Shown here: in pieces, positions 11,416-23,645 of the stretch | Layout of the letters: the number at the start of each line of letters is the position of its first letter | Position numbering within the stretch: position 1 is the stretch's first letter | The notes under the pieces: model-generated | The model's database searches: none | Seen by the model: only the letters and a program-made list of their open reading frames with translations | What the model was told of the DNA's origin: nothing | Assembly: GCF_018977255.1 (NCBI RefSeq) | Contig: NW_024704742.1 | Location: forward strand, 22,012,001-22,076,000 | DNA: 64,000 bases | Direction: 5' to 3' | From: Callorhinchus milii | Taxonomy: Eukaryota | Program-made: the position numbers and the translations under genes

Positions 11416-14400
11416 GATAAATTGAAGACACACTAGTTTAAAATGGCAGTGGGATAAGTTTGCATTAAATAGCTTCCAAAATACACTCATAATTTAACTT
11501 ATGGGACTAGCTTAACAATTCTCATAACTATTACTTTACTAATTATTTTGGTACTCCTGCAGACCTACACTATCTTTAGTTCTTTTGTCTTTACATCTAA
11601 AATATAATCCAAAATAGAAAATTCAGTCACCACAACAGGACTACTGGACTGTCCTACCCTATTACAAAATAGCCCTAGTTTTTACTTTATACATTATTTT
11701 CTGGAACATACAGAGTTCAAAAAAAGGCAGACTCGATGCTTGTATGTTATAAAACAAATAAAAATGGAAGGAAAATATCTGTGCTTGAGTCAGCACAACC
11801 CATACGTTCACACATCTAAATGTGTTGACCAACGATAATTTTTACAAACTACTTACAAAATATCTATTTTCTCCTCTTCCCTCTATCTCAGGCCTGTATT
11901 GCAACTCAAACTAACTGCTAGGCAGTTTGCCAAAACGAACAAGGGCAATTCCTCTTATGGAAGAAGTGTACCTAGCTTGCGCTTGCCAACTCCCACCCCC
12001 ACCCTCCTCTACAGTCACAAAGTCAGCAATGTTATTACTAGACTTTTCAGTAAAGGTAGAGCTTTCAAATAGCTGGACTGCAGACATTGTTAGGTGTATT
12101 GGTGGCCATGTGACATCTTCATACTACACCCTATTGAACTACACACTACAATTATGCATTAAAACTCATTTGGAGAGAGCAATTTGCATTATACGATGAA
12201 CACTAATGGTTACAAATGTGATATTCATGGTTGTTGTGGTGAGAATAATTTAAGTGTTCACTCTCACACAAGAGGTATCCTTCTAAAGCTCATCAGTCCA
12301 TATATTGTAAATAGCTACAATCCTAGTAACAGCATCAACATGATTGTAGACATGACCCAATATCTAACCACTCTTTTTTCCTGATCTCTTTTTAACTGAT
12401 ACACACATTTTCCAACAACTGTCATCTGACAGTGACAAGAATCAAGTGATTTCTCTTCTCCCTGACCCAAAAGTTCTGAGGTTAATTCTAGCAATCCCAC
12501 TATACCACAGTAGCTAAATCTAAAATAATCAGAGATTAAATCTGAGAAAAATCTGTCTAAAATCTATCTCAGCTCCTGCTTTTGCCTATTAAGAAGATAG
12601 TTATTTCCAAAATGTTTAATGCTCCCAGATGAAGGATCCATTCAACAGTTATTACGACAGGCTAAGAGGTTTCATATAAGCAACAAGTATGGAATGATTT
12701 TAAAGTGACTGAACACAATAGTAACCCTTGCATTTTATATAGTATCTTATTGTGCTACCAAACTCTCAAAGCTGTTCAAAGGACTTTCCTGTAGTGTAGT
12801 GTCTGTGTAATAATAATAATTTGGTTATACCGCCTTATCACTTCGTTGAGACGTCTCAAACCGCTTCACAGGATACACTGGAAAGTGCTTTCACTATTTT
12901 TGGTAGAAATGCAGAAATTCTCTTTTCAATATTTAATCTTTAATATCCATCTGAATAGGTAGACAGGATGTCAATTTAACATCTCACCGAAAGGATGGTA
13001 TCTCCAACAGTACAGCATTGCCCCAAAAATACATTGGCATGTCAGGTCCCAAGGGTTTGAACTAAAGGCAAGTTCAGCCTCTAACTTTACCAATTAATCA
13101 ACAGAAGACACTCACATTGAAAGTGTATTTAGGGCAGAAATATAACAAAAGCAGTAATTATGGTCTCCCGTTTAGGATAGAAGGTGCAAGAGAAAATTAA
13201 AGAACAGATTAAACAAGCAAATATATTGAGTGCGAGAAAGACATTCAAGAAAAAAAAGCAAAGGGATTTTTAAAAAAAAGTTGAACTTAAGAGAAAGAAA
13301 AAAATGTACAAAGATCCTTACATTTGGTATAACACCCTTCACATTGGGAGGACACTTACCAACACTTCCTACTTAAGAGTGAACCAACTACACCATGTAG
13401 ACAATAGGAGTTTCATTTTCGCTGGGCAAGCTTTTCCTCCATTTGTGTGAAACAGACTAATTCTCAACATATCCACCACCATCTCTTGAATTCCAGGACT
13501 GACACTACTTTTTCTGAAGCATACTTTGCAGAGACCTTACCGTCGGTCAATTGCAGTGTGCTCTGGTGTATGTTTAGCATACAAATGTGATGCAGGGGGC
13601 ATAAAAGAGAACGAATGAGGAAAGATGGGTGAAACCATCACTTTTGCTTTCCCATTACCCTACAGTCCTTCAGTTGAGGTACTGAGGTAGGATGCCTCCG
13701 TGGCTACTAACAATACTGGATGATCCACTGGCATTTGATGTGCTTGCATAGAACAGGAAGCCCAATATTTTCCTCTTACCCAAAGAGCTTCTTCAACACT
13801 TTTAACTGAGAACAAAAATTTTCCCATTAATAAGGGCAATCTCCTAAAACAATTGCTCAACACAAGGAATAGAAAAGGTGAGTCATAGAGCACTTCTATT
13901 GAAGGCAAAATACAATATTAACACTTGACTACCAAGCAAGTTCTGACTTTCTGTCTAAGCCTTGCCAGTCATTTACACTTTCTTCTGCCGAGCTAGTTCA
14001 CAGCCAGCTGACTAAATGGATTGCAATGTATAATGAAGGTTTCCAATTTCAAATTCACCAGATTGGGCTTGGGGATGGAAAAATTATACAACTCACCTTG
14101 CTTAACAACTTCTACCAACCAATCAGTAATTATTCAGAATCCAAGCATCCTCGTTTTAAAGCCAATTTACTGGATCCCACAGAATGAAGTTTACAACCCT
14201 CGTATCCGAGAGTGTCACTTCAACCCGAACTGAAGGACAACAAAGGCCATAAAGAGAGCACGGCTTCAACTGGCCCAAGGGACTGTAATATATGGAGTCT
14301 TTCTCTCGGTTATCAGGTTTATATTACCTTCCTAATGTGAATTTCCACCAAATTTAAAGTGATTGGCTGCTCTCCTCATTATTGTTTATGGGACGTTGCA

Positions 14401-14701
14401 TGCACAGTTTAGCCTCCACGTTTGCCTATAACAAAATTCACTTCATTTCTAATCAATTATATTTTGTAAAGCACTTTAATCTTATGTGAATGTAGCTATA
14501 TAAATGCAAGTTATTACAACATCTGATTTGCAAAACAAATCCAGACTATACTATACTACCATCCTAGTTGGATGATGGCCAATGTGCTTTTTGTTGGGGA
14601 AACGGAACAAAGAGGCAAAGTTTGGAAAACATACACAAAAAAAACGGCAGTTTTTTAACACATGAAACAAGTGAAGACTCCAGTGAACTTTGGGGGGGGG
14701 G

Positions 14702-15015
14702 GTGCATGTTGGCAGAGGCGCTGTCCTTCAGATGAGAAGTTAAACCAAGGTCCCATCTGCTGAAGGTGGATGTTAAAAGATGGTACTATTTGAAAAGAAA
14801 AAGGAATTTCTCCCAGTATTCTGGCCAACCATCTACTATATAAAATTGGTTATTCACATTATGGCTGTTTTGGGGCCAACGGCTGAAGCAAATTGGCTCC
14901 AGTGTTAGTCTATAAATACACACTCGCTACACTTTACAATAAAATCCTGTGAAGTACTTTAAGACATCTCAACAACATGCTAAGGTATTATATCAAATGC
15001 AGCAATTATTATATC
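14702..15015 (+). mobile_element. Old Deu-SINE (SacSINE1-like), 5' truncated
   Basis: GCTGTCCTTCAGATGAGAAGTTAAACCAAGGTCCCATCTG...AAATTGGCT...TCAAATGCA. Confidence 0.75.
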
Positions 15016-16452
15016 ATTATAACAATCAGTATTAAATAGATTTACTTTATTTTATAAATCAGCATGCATGTATATAATAAATATTACATATATAATATAT
15101 ATATATTGCAAAGGGAATGGCAATCCTTCTACTGAATAGCTTTTAAAGCATTCATACAAGATTGTTTAGAAACGTTGCTTTTAAAGAGAGTATTCATGGA
15201 AAAGGTAGCTTCCCCTTGTATGTACCACTGTAGGCTATTTTCCTCAAGGGCCATTCTCTGTTAACTAGTACACCACATAGATATTCTTGCAGAGAACATA
15301 CATATACAATGCACTCCTAAAATTCTAGACGAAAATTAAAGATAACCAAAACACATTTAGCAAAATTATATTCAACAGCCCCCTCAAAGGGAAAGCTCCA
15401 ATTTCTACCATTATTTTCTAAATGGGGACATTTTTACTATGAAGTAATAATACTTGGAAGTTTGATCCATCTGCCTGTGAATGTAAATGCACTATACAGC
15501 GCACGATTTATAAATGACACTTGACCATAATAAAATAAGTAGATTTGTAAATCAAAAAAATTAAACTGCAGCCCCTTTGATGACATTTCATCAGAAGACT
15601 GATTAAAGGATAACATTAAATGTTTGAAGATGTTAATAGGAAGAGGATACTCACAATGTAAACAAAAAAATTCAGTACAAGGACAAATTTCTTGTCCTTT
15701 TGGTAACTTAATCCGTGCCATGAACAGATTTCCTGTCAAAGTGCCAAGCAGGGTGCACCAGTCCACCAGCAGAAAAAACAATCTTTAAAACATACATACA
15801 AATGTGCTACATTTTACCCTCCAAATATCAATGTAATCCACGCTGAAGTGAGCCAAAAAGGGGCCAGTAACATTCAACTAGTTAGTTATAAATAGATTTA
15901 CAATTTACAACAAAACGGTACAGAAAATTTCACCCAATTTCTTTGCAAGTCAGCTTCGCAGTGAAGAGTGACATCTTCTTTCCCCATCAGTAGAAATCTG
16001 TAATTTCTTATACATGATTTCAATTTAAAAAACAACCTGCAAACCGTTTAAATTCTCAGGAGATTTTTTTTTACAGATTATAGCTATACGTTAAATAATG
16101 CAACTATATATTCCCTCCCAAAAAACTAAATGTACAAGTCGTTTCTCTTCCTTTTCCCCTTCCCACCCCTCACTTGAGGAAAGATCCTAACTTGAGAACT
16201 TAAGTTTTACATCTTCGCCTTTTGTGTATTTCGGCCGCTGCTTCTATTTCCATTTCCGTGAAATGGAAATAGAAGCAGGAAGATGGAGGAAAGGTTCTCA
16301 CAAGACCTCTTTTCTTTTTGCCCGGATTTTTTTTTGTGTGTGTGTGTGTGTGGGTGGGGGGTGATTTGAAAAACAAAAGTCACGTCCACAAAAACTTCGC
16401 CATTCTTCACTCGACGTGCAGCTGCTATTTACAGCTTTGTTTGGTTTTCAAA

Positions 16453-16466
16453 AGAGAAAGAGAGAA

Positions 16467-16503
<37 letters not shown>
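16453..16503. repeat. (GA)n microsatellite
   Basis: Visible dinucleotide run. Confidence 0.9.
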
Positions 16504-16506
<3 letters not shown>

Positions 16507-16701
16507 TACCCGAAATACACGGGACAGACAAATGCACAACTTGTACAACCCGATCGCTGTGCGAAACCCTCGGCAGCAGCTCGGGAAGAGGAGAGGAGAG
16601 CGGGGGGGGGGGGGGGGAACATTAGCAACAAAAAGCCGCAACTTCTCCGTCGAGTTTAAAAAGCAGGAGAACCAGAACAGCCGCGCACCGCCAAACAGCC
16701 G

Positions 16702-16797
16702 GACACACACACATGTATACACACACATGTATGCATACACACACACACACGTATGCATACACACACACACATGTATGCATACACACACACACACACA
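16702..16797. repeat. (CA)n microsatellite interrupted by TGTATG
   Basis: Visible; further CA and poly-C/G runs at ~16602, ~16880 and ~17135-17171. Confidence 0.9.
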
Positions 16798-17134
16798 GCA
16801 ACGCCGGCTCGGCTCCTTCCCCTCAAAAATCACACTGATTCTCTCACCTCCCCCTCCACCCCACTCCTCCAAACACCACACACACACACACAGGCAAACT
16901 GATGGTCCTTCCCCGCCGCCACCACCACCTCCTCCTCCTCCTCCTCGCCCCCCCACCCACACCAAAAAAAAAACTTTTTTGGGGGGGAAAAAAAAATCTT
17001 TTTTAAAAAAAAAATCACAACAGGGACGGACCGAGCGAGAGAGAGAGAGAGCTTTCGGAGAGCAGATCCCGGTGGCCGTGTACTGCACTCCCCGCCGTCA
17101 CCATTAAACTACTCCACCACCAACCAACCAACCA

Positions 17135-17165
<31 letters not shown>

Positions 17166-17222
17166 ACACACCGGACTCTCCCGACTTTTACAATAACAAC
17201 AACAACAGCGACTCTCGCTCAC

Positions 17223-17650
17223 AGTCCCGGACGATCCCGAGCCGTTCCCTCGCCGGACGATCGTGACTTTTTTTTTTTAAAAACGACAATTTTGATTCCC
17301 CCCCCGGGGGCCGTCCCGGGTGGACGCCGCCTCCTGCAGGAGGACGACCGACCCCCGACTTTTGGCCGCAAGCGCTCGAGCTGCCCGGACCTACCCCGGG
17401 GCGCCATGTTCCTCAACACCCGGACTTTTCCACCAAATCACAAACACCGCCGCGGCGGCGGCGCTCTCCGCCTCCCCACCAACTCCCTCTCTCCCTCCCT
17501 CTCTCTTTCCCCGGAGTTTGTGAAGTGTTTGACAGTCCAGCAACACAGGGAGAGGGAGACTGACCTGCGACCCGGGACTGGCGGCGGTTCTCTCTCTCAC
17601 TCACTCACTCTCTCTCTCTCGCTCTCGAGCGGCGCCAACGACTAACCAAC
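17223..17650 (-). other. Candidate first exon of an unidentified minus-strand gene
   Basis: Lies downstream (minus sense) of the CCAAT/GC boxes; candidate donors CAG|GTCAGT (~17563), GGG|GTAGGT (exon end 17395) and ACT|GTGAGC (exon end 17223); Kozak-like AACATGG with ATG at 17407. Confidence 0.45.
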
Positions 17651-17885
17651 CGCCAAACTGAGCGCGAGCAACACGGCACTGAGTCCCGGCCGCCACCCGT
17701 CCTCCATCTGACCGGCTCCCTCCGCTTGGCGTCAGGAAGGCTGCCGACCCAATCACCGGGCCACGCCCCCTTTCGCTGGTAATGTGCCGCCGCGCGCCTG
17801 CACTGCACTCCCCCCCCCCGACCCGCCCGGCACTACTTTCGCCATTCCTTCTTCGATGCATCGGTCACTCCGGCGCGCGCACTGT

Positions 17886-19440
17886 CCCCACAGCTCCTCC
17901 CACAGCCCTCACACCCCCCACACCCACAGCCCTCACACCCCCCACAGCCACACCCCTCACCCACAGCCCTCACACCCACAGCCCCACCCACACCCACAGC
18001 CACAGCCCCACCCACACCCCTCACACCCCCCACAGCCACACCCCCCCCACCCCCCCCCCCCCACAGCCACACCCACACCCCTCACCCACAGCCCCACCCA
18101 CACCCCTCACACCCCCCACAGCCACAGCCCCCACCCACAGCCCCACCCACACCCACAGCCCCACCCACAGCCCTCACACCCCCCACAGCCCTCACCCCCC
18201 CCACACCCCTCACCCACACCCACAGCTCCACCCACAGCCCCACCCACACCCACAGCCCTCACACCCACAGCCCCACCCACACCCCCCACACCCACACCCC
18301 TCACACCCCCCACAGCCACCCCCCCACCCACAGACACCCCCCCCACAGCCACACCCCCCACCCACAGCCACACCCCCCACCCACAGCCTCACCCCCACAG
18401 CCACACCCCCCACCCACAGCCTCACCCCCCACAGCCACACCCCCACCCACAGCCTCACCCCCCACAGCCACCGACACCCCCCCCACAGCCACACCCCCCA
18501 CCCACAGCCACACCCCCCACCCACAGCCTCACCCCCACAGCCTCACACCCCCACACCCACAGCCCTCACACCCACACCCACAGCCACAGCCCACACCCAC
18601 AGCCCTCACCCACAGCCCTCACACCCACACCCACACCCACAGCCCTCACCCACACCCACAGCCCTCACCCACAGCCCTCACCCCCCCCACACCCACAGCC
18701 CACAGCCACACCCCCCACACCCACAGCCACAGCCCTCACCCCCACAGCCCCACCCACAGCCACACCCCACAGCCCCACCCACAGCCACACCCCTCACCCA
18801 CAGCCACACCCCCCACAGCCACAGCCACAGCCGTCACCCCCCACCCACACCCACCCACCCACCCACAGCCCTCACCCACAGCCACCACCCACACCCACAG
18901 CCACCCCCCACAGCCACAGCCCCACCCACAGCCCTCACCCCCACAGCCCCACCCACAGCCATAGCCCTCACACCCCCCACACCCACAGCCCTCACCCACA
19001 GCCACACCCCACCCACAGCCACAGCCCCACCCACAGCCCTCACCCCCACAGCCCCACCCACAGCCACAGCCCTCACACCCCCCACACCCCCACCCACAGC
19101 CCTCACCCACAGCCCCACCCACATCCTCCACACCCACACCCCCCCACACCCACAGCCCCCACACCCACAGCCCCAACCACACCCCCACACTCACAGCCCC
19201 ACCCACAGCACCCACACCCACAGCCCCACCCACAGCCACAGCCCCACCCACAGCACCCACACCCACACCCCCCACACCCACAGCCCCCACCCCCACACCC
19301 ACAGCACCCACCCACAGCCCCACCCACACCCACAGCCCCCACACCTACAGCCCCCACACCCACAGCACCAGCACCCACAGCCCCCACACCCACAGCACAC
19401 ACAGCCCCCACACCCACAGCACCCACAGCCCCCACACCCA
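17886..19440. repeat. C/A-rich low-complexity tandem array (CCCACAGCC / CCTCACACCC variants)
   Basis: Plus strand is almost free of T and G except in CAGC and CTCA; irregular short units. Confidence 0.95.
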
Positions 19441-21675
19441 GCTCCACCCACAGCACCCAGTTGCACACACAGCACCCACAGCATCGAAGGCCACCCACAG
19501 AATCCACAGCTCCCAGCTCAAGCCACAGCACCCAGCTCCATCCAAGCAACCAGCTCCACTACAGCACCCACAGCACCCAGCTCCACTACAGCACCCACAG
19601 CACCCAGCTCCATCCAAGCAACCAGCTCCACTACAGCACCCACAGCACCCAGCTCCACCCACAGCACCCAGCTCCATCCAAGCAACCAGCTCCACCCACA
19701 GCACCCACAGCATCCAGCTCCACCCACAGCACCCAGCTCCACCCACAGTATCCAGCTCCGCCCACTGCACCCAGCTCCACCCACAGCACCCAGCTCCACC
19801 CACAGCACCCACAGAATCCAGCTCCACCCGCAGCATCCAGCTCCACCCAAAGCACCCAGCTCCATCCACAACACCCAGCTCCATCCACAACACCCAGCTC
19901 CATCCACAACACCCAGCTCCATCCACAACACCCAGCTCCACCCACAGTACCCAGCTCCACCCACAACACCCACAGCATCGAAGTCCACCCACAGAACCCA
20001 CAGCTCCCAGCTCTACCCGCAGCTCCCAACTCCACTTGCAGCATCCAGCTCCACCCACAGCACCCAGCTCCACCCACAGCACGCAGGTTCACCCACAGCA
20101 CCCAGCTCCACCCACAGCACCCAGCTCCATCCAAGCAACCAGCTCCACTACAGCACCCACAGCATCCAGCTCCACCCACAGCACGCAGGTTCACCCACAG
20201 CACCCAGCTCCACCCACAGCACCCAGCTCCATCCAAGCAACCAGCTCCACTACAGCACCCACAGCATCCAGCTCCACCCACAGCACGCAGGTTCACCCAC
20301 AGTATCCAGCTCCGCCCACTGCACCCAGCTCCATCCAAGCAACCAGCTCCACTACAGCACCCACAGCATCCAGCTCCACCCACAGCACGCAGGTTCACCC
20401 ACAGCACCCAGCTCCACCCACAGCACCCAACTCCACCCACAGCACCCATCTCCATCCAAGCACCCAGCTCCACCCACAGCACCCAGCTCCACCCACAGCA
20501 CCCAGGTTCACCCACAGCACCCAGCTCCACCCACAGCACCCAACTCCACCCACAGCACCCATCTCCATCCAAGCACCCAGCTCCACCCACAGCACCCAGC
20601 TCCACCCACAGCACCCAGGTTCACCCACAGCACCCAGCTCCACCCACAGTACCCAGCTCCACCCACAACACCCACAGCATCGAAGTCCACCCACAGAACC
20701 CACAGCTCCCAGCTCTACCCGCAGCTCCCAACTCCACTTGCAGCATCCAGCTCCACCCACAGCACCCAGCTCCACCCAGAGCACCCAGCTCCATCCAAGC
20801 AACCAGCTCCACTACAGCACCCACAGCATCCAGCTCCACCCACAGCACGCAGGTTCACCCACAGCACCCAGCTCCACCCACAGCACCCAACTCCACCCAC
20901 AGCACCCAACTCCACCCACAGCACCCAGCTCCACCCACAGCACCCAGCTTCACCTGCAGCACCCAGCTCCACCCACAGCACCCAGGTTCACCCACAGCAC
21001 CCAGCTCCACCCACAGCACCCAGCTCCACCCACAGCACCCAGGTTCACCCACAGCACCCAGCTCCACCCACAGCACCCAGCTCCACCCACAGCACCCAGG
21101 TTCACCCACAGCACCCAGCTCCACCCACAGCACCCAGGTTCACCCACAGCACCCAGCTCCACCCACAGCACCCAGCTCCACCCACAGCACCCACAGCACC
21201 CAGCTCCACCCACAGCACCCAGGTTCATCCACAGCACCCAGCTTTACCCACAACACCCACAGCATTCAGCTCCACCCAGAGCACCCAGCTCCACCCACAG
21301 CACGCACAGCAGCCAGGTCCACCCACAGCACCCAGCTCCACCCACAGCACCCAGCTCCACCCACAGCACCCAGCTCCACCTGCAGCACCCAGCTCCACCC
21401 GCAGCACCCAGCTCCACCTGCAGCACCCAGCTCCACCCGCAGCACCCAGCTCCACCTGCAGCACCCAGCTCCACCTGCAGCACCCAGCTCCACCCGCAGC
21501 ACCCAGCTCCACCAGCAGCACCCAGCTCCACCCGCAGCGCCCAGATCCACCAGTAGCACCCATCTCCACCCACAGCATCCAGCTCCACCTACAGCACCCA
21601 GCTCCAACCACAGGACCCAGCTCCAATGGCAGCACTCAACTCCACTCAAAGGACCCTGGACCCACAGCAACCTGC
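19441..21675. repeat. 19-bp minisatellite CACCCAGCTCCACCCACAG with higher-order repeats
   Basis: Unit directly visible; variant ACGCAGG recurs at 20081/20183/20285/20387 (102-bp period); a block at 19947 is repeated at 20649. Confidence 0.95.
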
Positions 21676-21677
21676 AC

Positions 21678-22075
21678 CAACAACAAATTACATTTGTATG
21701 GCGCCTTTCACATCAGAAGGAAATCCCAAGGCACTGGACCCAAGCTGGGGGTTGGGATCAGGAGGAGTGGAGGGCAGGCAGGGTAGAGATACAGGGTGAT
21801 TGAAGGTGGGGGCAGTGAGGCTGAAGGCCCAACTGCTATGGTGGGGCAGGCGGGGGACATAGATTAAGCCGGAGCCGTGGAGGGCGAGGACGTGGATTTT
21901 AAATATCCCCTGGGGAATGGCGAGCAAGTGAAGCTGGACAAGGGTGAGGGTGATAGGGTCATAGAGGGGGAGAGGACTTGAGCTGCAGAGGTCTGAATAA
22001 TCTGCAGCTTGTAGAGGAAAGAGTTGGGAAGGCTGACAAGCAGGGAGTTAGCGTACTCGAGCCTGGATATGTTGA
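21678..22075 (-). mobile_element. L2 LINE 3' fragment
   Basis: (CAA)n-ATTTGTATGGCGCCTTTCAC tail; GGGGCAGTGAGGCTGAAGGCCC is the antisense of the RAFSL.AP segment at ~870-890. Confidence 0.85.
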
Positions 22076-22304
22076 ATGCTCCAGGAGCCTAACTCCATCC
22101 ATAACACGCTGCACCATGCACACAACCCCAACCAGAGTACCCTGCACCAGGCACACAGCTCTCTCCGACTTCATCAGATACCCAGTACCTAGCAAGTGGC
22201 ACCTATCTGCACCCAACACCCTTCAACTGTGTCAAACACTCTTCAACCCAGCACTCTTCATTTAGCATTAAACTCTACGAGCATTCAACTGGCAACCAAT
22301 ACCA

Positions 22305-22630
22305 CCTGTGGCTCAGTGGTTAGAGCACTCGCTTTGCAAGCGAGAGACCTGAGTTCAATCCCAGGCAGGTCAGGGCGAAACCTCGGGCAAGTTTCCTTAC
22401 TCCACACAGAGCGTAATAATAATCCCTCCAAAACCAAAAACAATAATAAATTGGTCATTTTCAATCTACGACTGTTTGAGGGACATTGCTGTGCGCAATT
22501 GGCTGCCGCGTTCGCCCACAAATATACCGTCAATTCACTTTACAGTGTGTTCTGTGAAGCGCTTTGGGACGTCCTCCCGACGTGAAAAGCACTATATCAA
22601 ATGTAAGGATTATTATTATTATTATTATTA
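22305..22630 (+). mobile_element. Deu-SINE, short (young) subfamily
   Basis: Near-identical to copies at 27719, 30772 and 44826. Confidence 0.92.
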
Positions 22631-23439
22631 ACAGTCTTCAACTGCGACTAAACCCTACCCCGAAAGCCCCACCAGCTACTCTGTCCATGCTTCACAAGAG
22701 GCCTTACTGGTGTCCTGGCCAGCAAATCTCCAAATTAATTAATCTTTCACCCCATGTATGTTTACAGGACCTTGATGCTGGAATGGCTTCCGTGGTTGCT
22801 TACAAAAACAGTTATGACAGTAATTCCCTGAAGTTACAGTTTTGATAATAATCCCCTGAAGTGTTTTGAAATGGTTTAAAACAATTAAAAGCTCTAAAAT
22901 TATAAGTTCTCTCTTTATTCTTCTTGCTGCTTCCACTCTACTTGATCATTCTTTTGTTCTGTTCTAAAGCTCTCTTTGACTTTTTTTTAAAAGGAAAAAT
23001 GTTGACCCATTGCCTATAGTCTTTCTTATTATTTTCCCGTTGCCAAAGTACATCTCTTACATCTTAAGCCACCGATTACTTGTTTATTGTTGTAGATGAT
23101 CCACTGACATTAATTAAACCTCTGGTTCTTTTACTTGTTGCCAGAACTTGTTCTTAAATGAAACACTTTATTCTTTTATTTAGCCACTATAAATGATTAC
23201 ACCAGGGTTGTAGTGTTTTTTTGTTCCTTTTTACATCTCACAACTGGTTTTTAAATATGAGCATTAGATATTACTACTGTATTATTTTGTTGCGAGATAT
23301 TTTTAAAAAAGTACCTCTTTTTATTTTACTTTTAGTGAATGAATTATGGTTTATACCAGTTCCAGTAAACAACTTTATATTTTAATAATTTGGGGGTAAT
23401 TTCTTACATTCTATGCCCTCTTTGTTTTAGTTTTATTCT

Positions 23440-23645
23440 GGCCAGCAATCCCCCAAATAAAATTGGTCACTCACTCCATGATTGTTTGTGAGACATTGCT
23501 GTGTGCAAATTGGTTGATGTTTTCCTCTAAAAAATACTGCACTTTACAGTATATTCTGCAAAGTGCTACAAGATGTCCTCCTGACGTGGAAGGTGCTATG
23601 CTAAATGTAAGGATTATTATTATCATCATCATCTTCATCATCATC
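23440..23645 (+). mobile_element. Deu-SINE 3' half
   Basis: GTTTGTGAGACATTGCTGTGTGCAAATTGG...AAATGTAAGGA(TTA)n(TCA)n. Confidence 0.75.

Larger units (their letters stand above)
16200..17885. promoter_or_regulatory. CpG island / promoter region
   Basis: Abrupt rise in GC and CpG against a CpG-poor background; CRE-like TGACGCCA (minus, ~17728), CCAAT at 17749-17753, KLF/SP-type CCACGCCCC at 17761-17769, YY1-like AACATGGCG (minus, ~17402-17410). Confidence 0.8.

Noticed and set aside
15437..15781. 114-aa minus-strand ORF in the presumed first intron
   Set aside because: Non-ATG start, AT-rich, and no recognisable homology or clear exon boundaries.
16318..17107. Overlapping 113-219-aa ORFs in the CpG island
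   Set aside because: Built from (GA)n, (CA)n and homopolymer runs; no recognisable domain.
17833..21670. Gly/Cys/Trp-rich minus-strand ORFs resembling keratin-associated proteins
   Set aside because: They are translations of the G/T-rich strand of the same minisatellite, fragmented across all frames.
19441..21675. CRISPR-like array
   Set aside because: Head-to-tail units with no unique spacers, no cas genes, and a vertebrate context.
17782..21803. 1334-aa and 1339-aa Pro/His/Thr-rich ORFs (mucin- or extensin-like)
   Set aside because: Several frames are open at once because the plus strand of the tandem array nearly lacks T. The 19-bp unit is not a multiple of 3, so the same peptides rotate through frames. 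No signal peptide or domain is evident.
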